From Candidatus Poseidoniaceae archaeon (GTDB lineage Archaea; Thermoplasmatota; Poseidoniia; Poseidoniales; Poseidoniaceae), in the NCBI GenBank assembly GCA_965662895.1, contig CBFIJH010000003.1:66318-130317 (forward strand): DNA of 64,000 nucleotides, written 5' to 3'. Under the pieces are notes generated by a model, which did no database searches, was not told the DNA's origin, and saw only the letters and a list, made by a program, of their open reading frames with translations. Shown here piece by piece: positions 28,570 to 38,400 of this stretch. The position numbers and the translations under genes were made by a program. Every line of letters starts with the position of its first letter. The stretch's first letter is position 1.

Positions 28570-29289
28570 TCAGAGAACAGTAAATCGCTGTTCATCCTGT
28601 TTCCAGTTGAACGGTTTGTAACCCAATGCGTGACGCGTATGGCGCATCTTGATGATGCCGAGTTTCCGTTGAACGTCGTCCTCTTTCCGATCCATAACCA
28701 GGTGGATGACACCATCGGAGAGGTAGTCTTCGACCCCATACTCGCCAAATTGTTTGTGATTCTCTCCAGTCATTTCGCATATGAAAAACGAGGTGAGCTC
28801 AAGTCGTCGCACCGCTTCAAAGAGGCGAAAGATTTCATCTCGTGGATTTTCCATCTTTGTGAGCGTGAAAAAAGCACCAAGTGAATCAAAAACCAACAAT
28901 TCAAACCCAATTGATTTTCTGTAGTTGGTGAGTTGTTTGATAAGCTGCCCCATCCAATCAACGCGCTTGCTCATGCCTTGTTCGTCAAGTTGGACTCGTA
29001 AGTCAGACAGATCAATGATTGCAATCCTGTTGCGAACTCGAGGGTCATCAACATTCATCCCCATGTTTGACATGTGGGCTCTCAACGATTCCTTGCCTTG
29101 TTCAAGAGTGACGTAAATCCCACTTGTTTCACCATACAACACTGCATTGTAGAGCATTGAGAAGGTCACGCTCGATTTCATTGCACCCGAGGCTCCTGCG
29201 ACAATGCAAATGTGTCCTTTCGGGATGCCGCCTTGCATGTTCTCATCAAGTCCTTCCACATGCGTGGGAATTCGTTCCATAATGTCCAT
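28570..29289 (-). CDS. KaiC/RAD55-like RecA-superfamily ATPase, single domain
   Basis: RIPTHVEGLDENMQGGIP, variant Walker A AGASGAMKSS, YVTLEQ, LVFDSL, EDYLSDGVI, IIKMRHT. Confidence 0.88.
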   Translation of the reverse strand: MDIMERIPTHVEGLDENMQGGIPKGHICIVAGASGAMKSSVTFSMLYNAVLYGETSGIYVTLEQGKESLRAHMSNMGMNVDDPRVRNRIAIIDLSDLRVQLDEQGMSKRVDWMGQLIKQLTNYRKSIGFELLVFDSLGAFFTLTKMENPRDEIFRLFEAVRRLELTSFFICEMTGENHKQFGEYGVEDYLSDGVIHLVMDRKEDDVQRKLGIIKMRHTRHALGYKPFNWKQDEQRFTVL

Positions 29290-29384
29290 AACCTCGCCTC
29301 GATTTGAGGAGAAGCATTCAACACTTGAAATTCACCCTCGATTTTTTTCAAAAGTCTGATGAGGCCTATCGCCTAGGACTTGTT

Positions 29385-29969
29385 GTGCGCATCCTTCTTG
29401 CATCAGCTTCACAACGAAGAGCTGAAATCTTAGCGAAACGCTTTCCAGATGTTCGACAGAAGGCGCTGGAAGGTGTCAATGAGCGCGTACCGCGTGGGCC
29501 AATATCGCAACAGGTAGAACAGGTTGCAGCACGAAAGGCGGATTCTGTTGAAATCAATGATGAGGCAGATGTGTTTGTTGTTGCAGATACGCTTGTCGAA
29601 GATCCGGACGACCATTGGGAAGCATTGGGCAAACCGTCGACAAAACATGAGGCTACGACGATGCTTCTCAGATTGCGAGGGTCTCGGCATCGAGTATGGT
29701 CTGCTACGATGCTCTATGTTGCAGGGCAATGGCAGACCAGTGTTGAATCCGCACTGGTTGAAATCGAAGAGTTTTCCGATGATGATTTAATTGAACTTAT
29801 TGAATCCAACTCATGGGTCGGTAAAGCAGGTGGTTACGATTTGGCTGGAATGATGGGACAGTACGCAACACTCATCGAAGGCTCAGAATCAACAGTTCTC
29901 GGATTTACTCAAACGTCGCTGGATTTACTTGAAGAGATTCAATCGTTGTTTTCGATAAGTCGATCGTAA
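29385..29969 (+). CDS. maf: Maf family nucleoside-triphosphate pyrophosphatase
   Basis: ILLASASQRR, VVADTLV, LGKP, KAGGY, VLGF. Start set at GTG 29385 (track 29304). Confidence 0.88.
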   Translation: MRILLASASQRRAEILAKRFPDVRQKALEGVNERVPRGPISQQVEQVAARKADSVEINDEADVFVVADTLVEDPDDHWEALGKPSTKHEATTMLLRLRGSRHRVWSATMLYVAGQWQTSVESALVEIEEFSDDDLIELIESNSWVGKAGGYDLAGMMGQYATLIEGSESTVLGFTQTSLDLLEEIQSLFSISRS

Positions 29970-31225
29970 AACATTGGCATTCGATACCAATTATCGGATG
30001 GAAAGACTGTGTGACGTATAAACAAAACAGCAAGAAGAATCGAGGCAATGGCCTGCAAACCGACCCAAATGTAGATTGGGAGATATTCTCGTTCGAGTAA
30101 AATTGATGCATCAAACAGTGACCATGCCATGAGCGCACCTGATGCGAGGAACATGAAGATCAGATGCCAATGTGTAATCCGGGAAGACGGTGAATAGTGC
30201 AGATGGTCTTCGTGAAGATATATCGCAAACCCACAAACGATAAAGAAACATGAATAGGCGATGAGAAGCCAGTGTGCCGGCTGGACATTTGCGAGTCCTT
30301 CATGACCCGTCCAAATCGGTGCAATTGAAACAAGAGCGAGAGCAGGGATGAGCAAATAACCAACGAACACAAACCTGGAATGAGGCTTTGCGTACGTTCC
30401 AATCGACAGACGCATCACTTTTATCGGATTCATCATAAAGAAGACGTTCAATAAAACGAGGGCAAACATCGCATCAACCATGTCTTCTGAAACACGTTCT
30501 CTCGCTCGAAGGAAACTCAAGATGATGTAACCTGCTCCGAGGAGAAGGAGCATTGCGAACCGAAGAGGTAGTGTTCTTTGAGTGGTTGTGTTCCAACCCA
30601 ATCTCCGGTTAAAATGCGACAACAGTGTTGTCGACATCATCATTGTGCAGAAGATTGCTACAATAAAGGCAACTCCAGCTTCAATCATTCCTGTTTGTTC
30701 ACGTGCGAACCATGCGACTGCAACGAGCAGTGCACAACCGACAAGAACAAGTCCTGGGGCATAAGAAAAAACACCAACTTCTCCGGCATTTGATTTTTGT
30801 TTGACAATATCCATTGCGGAAGATGTAAGTGTGAGCAATGCAAGGCACATGAGAACGATACCAATGCCTGCTAATTCAAGAAAGAGGTTCCAGTTTCCGG
30901 AATAGATTCCAACGTGGATGAACACTTGACCAATCGCATTGAGCTGGAGAAAATGCCGCATCGTTGTTTTTTCAAATGAAGGAATGTTGTAAACAAGAGG
31001 AAGTGTATCGAAGGCAATTCCTGCGAGAATACCCATCACAGGACCGAATGCAAACAGGGTAATCAAAACGTAGTTCATGACTGATAATCGCTCCTCGTTT
31101 TCAAAAAGTTCGTACGGTGAAAAGAACGTCAACCAAGTGAGGAGAAACGTCAAAGCGATGAAGAAAATCATCGCAGAGGTAAACAGTTCAAGGTAAGAAC
31201 CGGCGAACTTTTCCTTTCGGCCCAC
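29939..31225 (-). CDS. Polytopic (~12 TM) membrane protein, unknown function
   Basis: 428-aa hydrophobic ORF; GTG start preceded by GAGGTGA; weak internal three-fold repeat. Confidence 0.75.
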   Translation of the reverse strand: MGRKEKFAGSYLELFTSAMIFFIALTFLLTWLTFFSPYELFENEERLSVMNYVLITLFAFGPVMGILAGIAFDTLPLVYNIPSFEKTTMRHFLQLNAIGQVFIHVGIYSGNWNLFLELAGIGIVLMCLALLTLTSSAMDIVKQKSNAGEVGVFSYAPGLVLVGCALLVAVAWFAREQTGMIEAGVAFIVAIFCTMMMSTTLLSHFNRRLGWNTTTQRTLPLRFAMLLLLGAGYIILSFLRARERVSEDMVDAMFALVLLNVFFMMNPIKVMRLSIGTYAKPHSRFVFVGYLLIPALALVSIAPIWTGHEGLANVQPAHWLLIAYSCFFIVCGFAIYLHEDHLHYSPSSRITHWHLIFMFLASGALMAWSLFDASILLEREYLPIYIWVGLQAIASILLAVLFIRHTVFPSDNWYRMPMFYDRLIENND

Positions 31226-31229
31226 ACAT

Positions 31230-31236
31230 TCACCTC
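31230..31236 (-). promoter_or_regulatory. Shine-Dalgarno site GAGGTGA
   Basis: 4 nt upstream of GTG 31225 and overlapping the sepF stop. Confidence 0.7.
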
Positions 31237-31789
31237 AAGATACGCTCAAGAGTCGAGTAAGACCCAGTTCATGTTTTTCGATATCAACCACGACGTCAGC
31301 TCCTGGAATGAGCAGCAACTTGTCTTCGGAATCAAGCGCGAAGACACCAACTCCGATTTGTTCACACATGACTCGGAGTTCTCGTCGACATGCTTGCTGA
31401 TGGGACTCCATGTGAACGAGGGTCCGAAGGTCAACGACGACGGTATCGCCTTGTACAATTCGTTGAGCAATTTCACGTGTACGAATTCGATGTTTTTCAT
31501 CGGGTTTCACATAACGTAGCGCTCGGTTCGGCCGTAGATTCGAACGAATTCCGTGGCTTGAAAGATCGTGAAATGGTTCCCCATCCGGTGTCATAGGACC
31601 GTTCCAGTCTTCGATTTGAGTGGGGCTGGATTGTGGTTTCAAATCCTCGGCAACAGGTTCCTGAACTTTACTGGGTTCGCTCGTCAATTGCTGATTTTGT
31701 GACGTTCTTCGTCCGTCAGAACTTCTCGGAAGAACACCAGCATCAGGATCGGGTAGACCAAAAAATTGCCACAAGTTTCCCATTCGCAT
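31235..31789 (-). CDS. sepF: Cell-division protein SepF-like
   Basis: N-terminal amphipathic MGNLWQFFG, disordered linker, C-terminal core EIAQRIVQGDTVVVDL...LLLIP; ATG overlaps the upstream stop (TGATG). Confidence 0.7.
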   Translation of the reverse strand: MRMGNLWQFFGLPDPDAGVLPRSSDGRRTSQNQQLTSEPSKVQEPVAEDLKPQSSPTQIEDWNGPMTPDGEPFHDLSSHGIRSNLRPNRALRYVKPDEKHRIRTREIAQRIVQGDTVVVDLRTLVHMESHQQACRRELRVMCEQIGVGVFALDSEDKLLLIPGADVVVDIEKHELGLTRLLSVS

Positions 31790-34700
31790 CACAGGTCCAA
31801 ATCATCCAACAGGTCGGAGAGATTTGTGGTCTGTGCAGATGTTGTAGTCATTGAAGATGTCGGTTGATATGTAGGTGCAGGTGCTCGATTTGCGGCGAGG
31901 TATTGCTCTCCATAGTATGCCCATTGTTCCATTGTCCATCCCGTTGGCAATCCCGTTGCTGGAAGCGGTGGGCCTTGATTCGTGGTCGGTTGTGGTGGTT
32001 GCACCGCTGGTTCGGGTTGGATTTGCGCTTGGGGTTGTGCAGGTTGCTCATAGGCTGGCATCTCTTCTGGCGAATAGCTGGGCAATGGAGTTGAATCCCA
32101 TGCTTTGGTTGAAGGTGTTTCGAGGATTTCGGGTTGAGCGCGACGAGTGATGAGGAGGAATGAGGCCAAAACGAGAACCAACCCAATCAAACTGAGGATG
32201 ACAATCGACATGGTCGGTGAAACTCCCAGCGTTTCGCTGAATTCTTCAAGGAAACCTTCTGCTGGTGGTTCAGCGACTTGGATAATGAGCGTCTTCGTAT
32301 CCATCGACAGGTCATCATCGGTAATTGTAAGATTGATGGTCCACGTTCCAGCGGGCAAATCGGTAATCGACACCGATGGACCAGTCTCTCCAAGATCTTG
32401 CTCGCCTCGCCATTCAAACTTCCACACATAGAGCATGTTGAGCAAATCCGAATCCGAATCGTTGGTACCCATTGAGGTCAGATTGAGGGTGTCGCCTTCA
32501 ATCAGGTTGTCAAGTGAACCTTCCATGTACGATATGTTCGCTCTAGGAAGTTTGTTGTCGACTTTCACCACAGCAGAGATTGAAGCCATTGCTCCGTCAT
32601 CATCCATGACCCAAGCCGTAACTGTGCGGTACTTGGGCACACTTGTTTCCCAAGTGTATTCAAAATGTGTTCCAGTTACATCGCAATCGTTGTTCATTGT
32701 TCCATCCAGATCTGCATCACGTGTTCCATCAATATCCCAACATACTTCCAAGCTTTCTTTGTCCGATGGTGTGTCGTCAACGGTGACATCGAAAACAACA
32801 CGATCGTCCTCAAGCACTGGTAGTCCGTCAAGTCGGTCTACAGCATTTTTGAAATTTGGCTGAGCAGTTATTGTAGGTGCAACGTTTTCGATGGTTACCT
32901 TTGCAAGCGAGGTCGATGAGGTTGCCCCATCATCATCGACAGCGCGAACTGAAACGATGTGCTCTCCAGAGATGGGCCACGAGGTTGCAACATCCGATGC
33001 AGAGCCATCGGTCGATGCTGTCAGATTCTCGAGTACATCGCTGAGATTCCAGTCGATGATAAGGCCATCACGGTCGCTGAGTGTATCCTCTCCCTGAGCG
33101 CGTAAAATTACGGTTTGGTCTTCCTGAAGAACCCACGTTCCATTGGCATCAAAGGGGGTGTTAACACCGGCAATCCAAACTTCAATCTCTCCAATTGTTG
33201 GAGCCACGTTAAGGACCTGAATCGATGAGATCACTTCGGTTTCTTCTCCGTCATCGTCGGTCGCAATCGCCCGAATTGGCATCGTTCCCTCTTGCATCGG
33301 TGTGAATGTACACGTCGGTTGCGTGAGTCCCTCCAAGCAATTGAGGTCCGGCCAAGATACACTGACTTGCTGGCCAGATGGAGATGAAGTATCAAGATCG
33401 CCACTATCGGTTGCATCGATGGTGATCGAAGATTCCACAGCAACTTCTGCTGAGTGGTTCAAATTGATGTATGGCGCTCGGTTGAGAATCGTAACATTGG
33501 TCACCAAAACAGTCGAGTCGAGTTCATCGTCGGTGACAACGGTGCGTAGTTCCCAATCCCCATTGTCTGACCAGTTCCAATACATGGAGCAATCGGGTGT
33601 GGTGATGACATCTATGAGTCCAGGTCTGGATTCAATTTCGAACCGGCATTCAACATCTCCACCATCTGGGTCAAATGAGGAACTAGCATCGATAAAGACA
33701 TCTTGGAACGTGTAGTTTCCAGTGTCGATGGAGATGGAGGCATTCGGTGCTCGTCCGATGAAGATATCAATCTCAGCCTGATTGTTGCTTCGATTTGCAT
33801 CACCTGCAACGAGTTCATCAGGATCGACCGTGAAGGTCAATGTCTGGTTGCCGATGGTTGCACCTTCAGGAACCGTCCAATCAATCTCAATTCGTTGTTC
33901 ACTGTATGCATCAATGGAAGGAACCGCTTGACGGCTTGAATCGCCATCGGGTACGACAATTTCCATTTCTGTTGAAGGAGATGGCAGGACCCCTCGATTT
34001 TGTGCTGGTAATGAGAAACTGAGTTGGTCGCCGGGAAGTGCATTGTACCCAATGGATTTCGAAAGGGTTGCAACTTCTCCATCACGAGTTCGAGTGACAA
34101 TGATCGAATCTTCCTGAGCCACGAGATCGATACCAACAACCGATAGGTCGATGACCACGGTTGCGACCCCGATAATTTCCTGTACCGGGTCCCACACTAT
34201 GACGCCATTGCTGCTGAAGTCATCACTGGCGTTTGTATCGTCCGTGACGTTTGATACGTTGATGGACTCCTCAATTTGACCACTTCCGTTCGTGATTGGA
34301 TTGACAAGTGTTCCCGCCATTTCATATCGCAATTGCAAATTCTTGTTCACTTCAGGAATGCCGTTTGGAGCGACAGCATAGGTCGCATAAATCTTCGACA
34401 TTGAATCGGGCAGTGTAGCAATAAACTGGGTTTCAACTTCAATATCGACGTTCCTTGATCCTGGACTTTTTCGTTTGTCGACACTAAACGAATCAACGGG
34501 TTCGTAGTCCTTAAGCAACCAATCGATTGTAAATCCAGCCGAGTTTGAAATCCGAATCCATGAATTAAATCGCACTGCTGGACAGTACCAGTTGAATCCT
34601 GAACTTACACCGGTTTCATTCCATTCGTTGATTTTGTAGGAATCATCGCACCCCTCATACAGAATGTTCTTGCCGTCTTCAGTTGGTATTCCATCCGTTG

Positions 34701-35388
34701 TAACCTGCCAGGAATTGTTCTCTGCAGCTTCTGTATCGAACTCCGTAGGGTCAAAGTAACTTGATGATCCGGTTACAGTGGTTCCGGACATGAATGGCAT
34801 GTACCACTGGTCTCCTGTTCGAAGGGGGAAATCATACCGCTCTTTCGGGGGGTCATAATACGTATCGAAATTGATTGTACCAATGTTTTGGGTCAGGAAG
34901 CCAAGGTTGAATGGAGCAAAATCGACATCAAGTTCAAACTCCGAATTGATGACCGCCTGGTCTCGAACCCGAATAATGTCCTCTCCTTGGTAATCAATGC
35001 TGAGTCGACCAGTTACCCCTTCTAGGGTTGCACCACTGTTACCAGATGAGAATGAACCTTCGATTTTCAGTTTGTACGCCAGAGTTTGAACTCCATCAAC
35101 TGCGATGAAGAAGATATCTTCGACTTCGTACACAGTGTCTCCCGTGAGGGTGTTAAGACTCGCAGATACATTCGCTTGGGCAATGAGCTGGGCGACATCA
35201 AATTGCGTTTCATAGGTCCATTTGTCTCCAATTCTCCAACTTTGGACATCCGTCGAACTTCCTGCACCTGAGGATTCGTACACCGTATCAGGACGTTCGA
35301 GGAGCGTTTGCTCTTGAGCGACAAGATGCGTCAAACTGGAAAAAGTGAGAAGAAACAGAACCAACGTTGCAACAAAACGGTTCGCCAT
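31789..35388 (-). CDS. Large secreted membrane-anchored protein (unknown N-domain, CARDB and PKD-like repeats)
   Basis: Signal peptide, WRIGDKWTYE domain, repeats NRAP/NVAP, DxDxDG-type loops, C-terminal TM, tail GPPLPATGLPTGWTMEQWAYYGEQYL. Confidence 0.85.
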   Translation of the reverse strand: MANRFVATLVLFLLTFSSLTHLVAQEQTLLERPDTVYESSGAGSSTDVQSWRIGDKWTYETQFDVAQLIAQANVSASLNTLTGDTVYEVEDIFFIAVDGVQTLAYKLKIEGSFSSGNSGATLEGVTGRLSIDYQGEDIIRVRDQAVINSEFELDVDFAPFNLGFLTQNIGTINFDTYYDPPKERYDFPLRTGDQWYMPFMSGTTVTGSSSYFDPTEFDTEAAENNSWQVTTDGIPTEDGKNILYEGCDDSYKINEWNETGVSSGFNWYCPAVRFNSWIRISNSAGFTIDWLLKDYEPVDSFSVDKRKSPGSRNVDIEVETQFIATLPDSMSKIYATYAVAPNGIPEVNKNLQLRYEMAGTLVNPITNGSGQIEESINVSNVTDDTNASDDFSSNGVIVWDPVQEIIGVATVVIDLSVVGIDLVAQEDSIIVTRTRDGEVATLSKSIGYNALPGDQLSFSLPAQNRGVLPSPSTEMEIVVPDGDSSRQAVPSIDAYSEQRIEIDWTVPEGATIGNQTLTFTVDPDELVAGDANRSNNQAEIDIFIGRAPNASISIDTGNYTFQDVFIDASSSFDPDGGDVECRFEIESRPGLIDVITTPDCSMYWNWSDNGDWELRTVVTDDELDSTVLVTNVTILNRAPYINLNHSAEVAVESSITIDATDSGDLDTSSPSGQQVSVSWPDLNCLEGLTQPTCTFTPMQEGTMPIRAIATDDDGEETEVISSIQVLNVAPTIGEIEVWIAGVNTPFDANGTWVLQEDQTVILRAQGEDTLSDRDGLIIDWNLSDVLENLTASTDGSASDVATSWPISGEHIVSVRAVDDDGATSSTSLAKVTIENVAPTITAQPNFKNAVDRLDGLPVLEDDRVVFDVTVDDTPSDKESLEVCWDIDGTRDADLDGTMNNDCDVTGTHFEYTWETSVPKYRTVTAWVMDDDGAMASISAVVKVDNKLPRANISYMEGSLDNLIEGDTLNLTSMGTNDSDSDLLNMLYVWKFEWRGEQDLGETGPSVSITDLPAGTWTINLTITDDDLSMDTKTLIIQVAEPPAEGFLEEFSETLGVSPTMSIVILSLIGLVLVLASFLLITRRAQPEILETPSTKAWDSTPLPSYSPEEMPAYEQPAQPQAQIQPEPAVQPPQPTTNQGPPLPATGLPTGWTMEQWAYYGEQYLAANRAPAPTYQPTSSMTTTSAQTTNLSDLLDDLDL

Positions 35389-35412
35389 AGTCAAGTCTTG
35401 CCTCTCTTGTAC

Positions 35413-38400
35413 TTAGGAATTGTCAACTTGTGAGTCCAACCACTGTTGGCCATAATGTTCCCATTGCTCGGTCGTCCATCCCTGTGGTAAGCCTGATTGA
35501 GGAAGAGGTGGTCCAGATGAAGTTGAATTTTGAGAACTTAACGCGTCGAAGGCACCTTGAACAGGTGGGTCTTGAGGGCGATTCCTTCGTGCTGAGATTT
35601 CATGAGGCATCAAACCAACCTCCTCATCACTGAAAATCGCATTTTGTTGTTCATCGAGTCGATTCATTGCTCGCTGGTGACGACCAGATCGCCGCTTTCG
35701 CGTCACGAGACCGAGCGTGAGCATCATGAAGGCGAGGAGTGAAAGTTGGAGAATTGGGTTGGCTTCTTCGCCGACCAGTGCAGCGCTCAAATCCTCAACG
35801 ATTGTTCGCTCAGGAGCCCCTATTTCCACATTGATTGTTCGCGTTCCAGGCCGTTCGGGATTCTCATCCCATGCCATGACGCGAATGGAGTATGTTCCTT
35901 GTTTCTTGAACACGTGCTCGATTTGCTTTCCGACTTTATCTGCATCATTGTCTTTGATTCCATCGCCGTTGCTGTCGGTCATGGTATCCAAATCCCACAC
36001 AACGGTGATGAGATCAAGGTCGTTCAACGAATCAATTGTTCCCGTCGCATCAAGGACACAGGTTTCCAGTGCATTGCAAACAATATCCTTCGTTCGAACG
36101 ATTGGAGGGATGTTGAGGACTTCGACGGTGAGAACTTGACTCACCCGTACTCCATCATCATCCGTGACATGATAGATGACGGTATGCGAACCACTGGTGT
36201 TCCAATGCCAAACAAGTTCATCGCCCTTGACATCGCAGTCATCATCTGCCCCACCGATGTCGTTTGAGTCACGCCCAGGATCAACATCCCAACAGCGAAT
36301 CAATGAATCATAGTCCGATGGCGTATCGGTTGCGTTCCCAATCAATCGAATTTCTTCACCTTCAGCAAGAGGTAACACTTCTTCAAGAGGTTGAACAACA
36401 GGAGGCACGTTTGCAACGCTCACCCATCGTTCGTATGTTCCACTGCTCGCCCCATCCGTATCACTGACCTCAAGCCGCATACGATGCAGTCCTGAGGTTT
36501 CCCACATCATTTCAAATTCAGAGACTCGACCATCGAAGGTTTTGATCAGGTTTGGTTGTGCATCATCCGGCCACCAGCGATGTTTCAAGCCATCCAAGTC
36601 ATCGATTGAATCCAAGGCTTGACCACGTAGCGTGACGATTTGATCTTCTTCAACGTGCCACGTTTGTTGCACATCTAGAGGAATCGAGCCACTTTCGTTC
36701 GTCATGGTAACCGACAAGCCATGCGGATCAATGTTGGTAAATTGGATGTCAATGCTGGCCATTGTCATGGCACTGTCATCATCGACGCCAACTGCCTGGA
36801 AGGTGTGCCATCCTTCAGTGGGTGCAGTTGTGGTGCACACCCGAGTGTAGTACCCTTCCTCACAGATTGCATTTGGCCAATACACATCAACGACTCCGGG
36901 AAAAGGATCCTCTGAGTCTGTATCGTTGGCGTAAGCATAGAGTGTGACTGGATGTTCAACTTTAACTTCATTTCGAGCACTCACAACTTCAATGTTCGGT
37001 GCTCGATTGAGAACAACGACATCAAGAACAGTTTCAATCTCATCCTGCTCTTCGTCGGTAATGGTGACTTCAATTGGATATTCTCCATCATTTGTCCAGG
37101 TCCAGTTGAGCATGCAATCAATCGATTCAACACGCGTCACGGCAGAAGTACGGGTACCATCGTACCAAGGAATGTTGAATGAGCATGAGACGTTTCCTCC
37201 GTCCTCGTCGAAACTCCCTGAAGCATTGATCAAGGTTTCAACATTGGTGTACACTTCGATAGGCTCGAGAACAGCAGTGGGCAAGCGCCCAACGAACAAT
37301 TGGATTTCTCCGAGATCGTTGTTCGAATTTGCATCCCCTGTATTGACTTTCAAGGGATCGGCTTCCCACTGGATTGGGACATAGCCAATCGGTGCGTCAA
37401 CAGGAACGGTCCAAGTGAAATTTACCTTGTGTGATTCGTACGTTGAAAGCGATGGAAGGAAAAGGTCGAAACTGGAGCCGTCTGGATGATAGATGCGCAG
37501 GTCGGATGGTGTTGAGGCTGTAATTCCGCGATTGACGACAGCAACCTCGACGGTGAGGTTATCACCTGGTAGGACATTGTAACCCGAAAGAGTGCTGACT
37601 GTACTGACAACACCGCTTCTGTTTCGAATCACAACGGCACGATCTTCATCTGCAATCAAATCCAAGCCAACAAGATACTCATCGAGCGTAACTGTCGCTG
37701 CACCAACAAAATTTCCAGCCTTTGCAATGACGCCATGGCTTGCCCAATCGGTGTTTGTTGCAGAATAATCACTACTGTTTCCAGAATCAAATATTGTGTT
37801 CAATGAGCCGTTTGAGGCTGTGTTTAGCGTGGTTGACGTGCCGTCGTATACCACTTCGACGGCAACTCCATCGACGGTTGCATAACACGACGGACTCAAG
37901 TGAACCCAGACCTCAAACGGGGAATCGAGTGCGGTAAGGGAACGTTCGGGCACGACATCAACACACGTAGGGCGATTGCCTGGAGCGCTGTTGCTTTCCA
38001 CATCCGTGGCTCCCACTGGAAGGTATTGCTTTAGTCGAAAATCAATGGTCAGTCCAACATCCTCCTCAGCATGACGCCAAGCGTAGTTGTTCACTGCAGG
38101 ACAATACCATCGGTAACCGGTTGAAACACCATCGGAGTTCCATGATGTTAGCTCATACGAAGAATCACATCCGCTGTAAGCGATACCTGCCCCGATTGCA
38201 TTCCGTGGTTGTCCAATCTTTGTGACCTCCCATGTCGTCGTATTCGTGTCTGTTTCGGGCGGTGGAAAGGGCGTGATGTAGTCACTTTGACCCGACCATT
38301 GCGACGAAGCGGTTGTTAGCGAAGTCCATCGCTCACCGTATCGGAGTGGGAAATCATAGGCTTCGGTTGCCGGGCTGTATTCGTTTGTAATGGTGATGTC

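Noticed and set aside
28570-29289. Circadian clock KaiC
   Set aside because: Single domain with no kaiA or kaiB nearby; archaeal KaiC-like ATPases are common outside clocks.
31635-31646. GGTTTCAAATCC resembling a tRNA T-loop
   Set aside because: Lies inside sepF with no cloverleaf stems around it.
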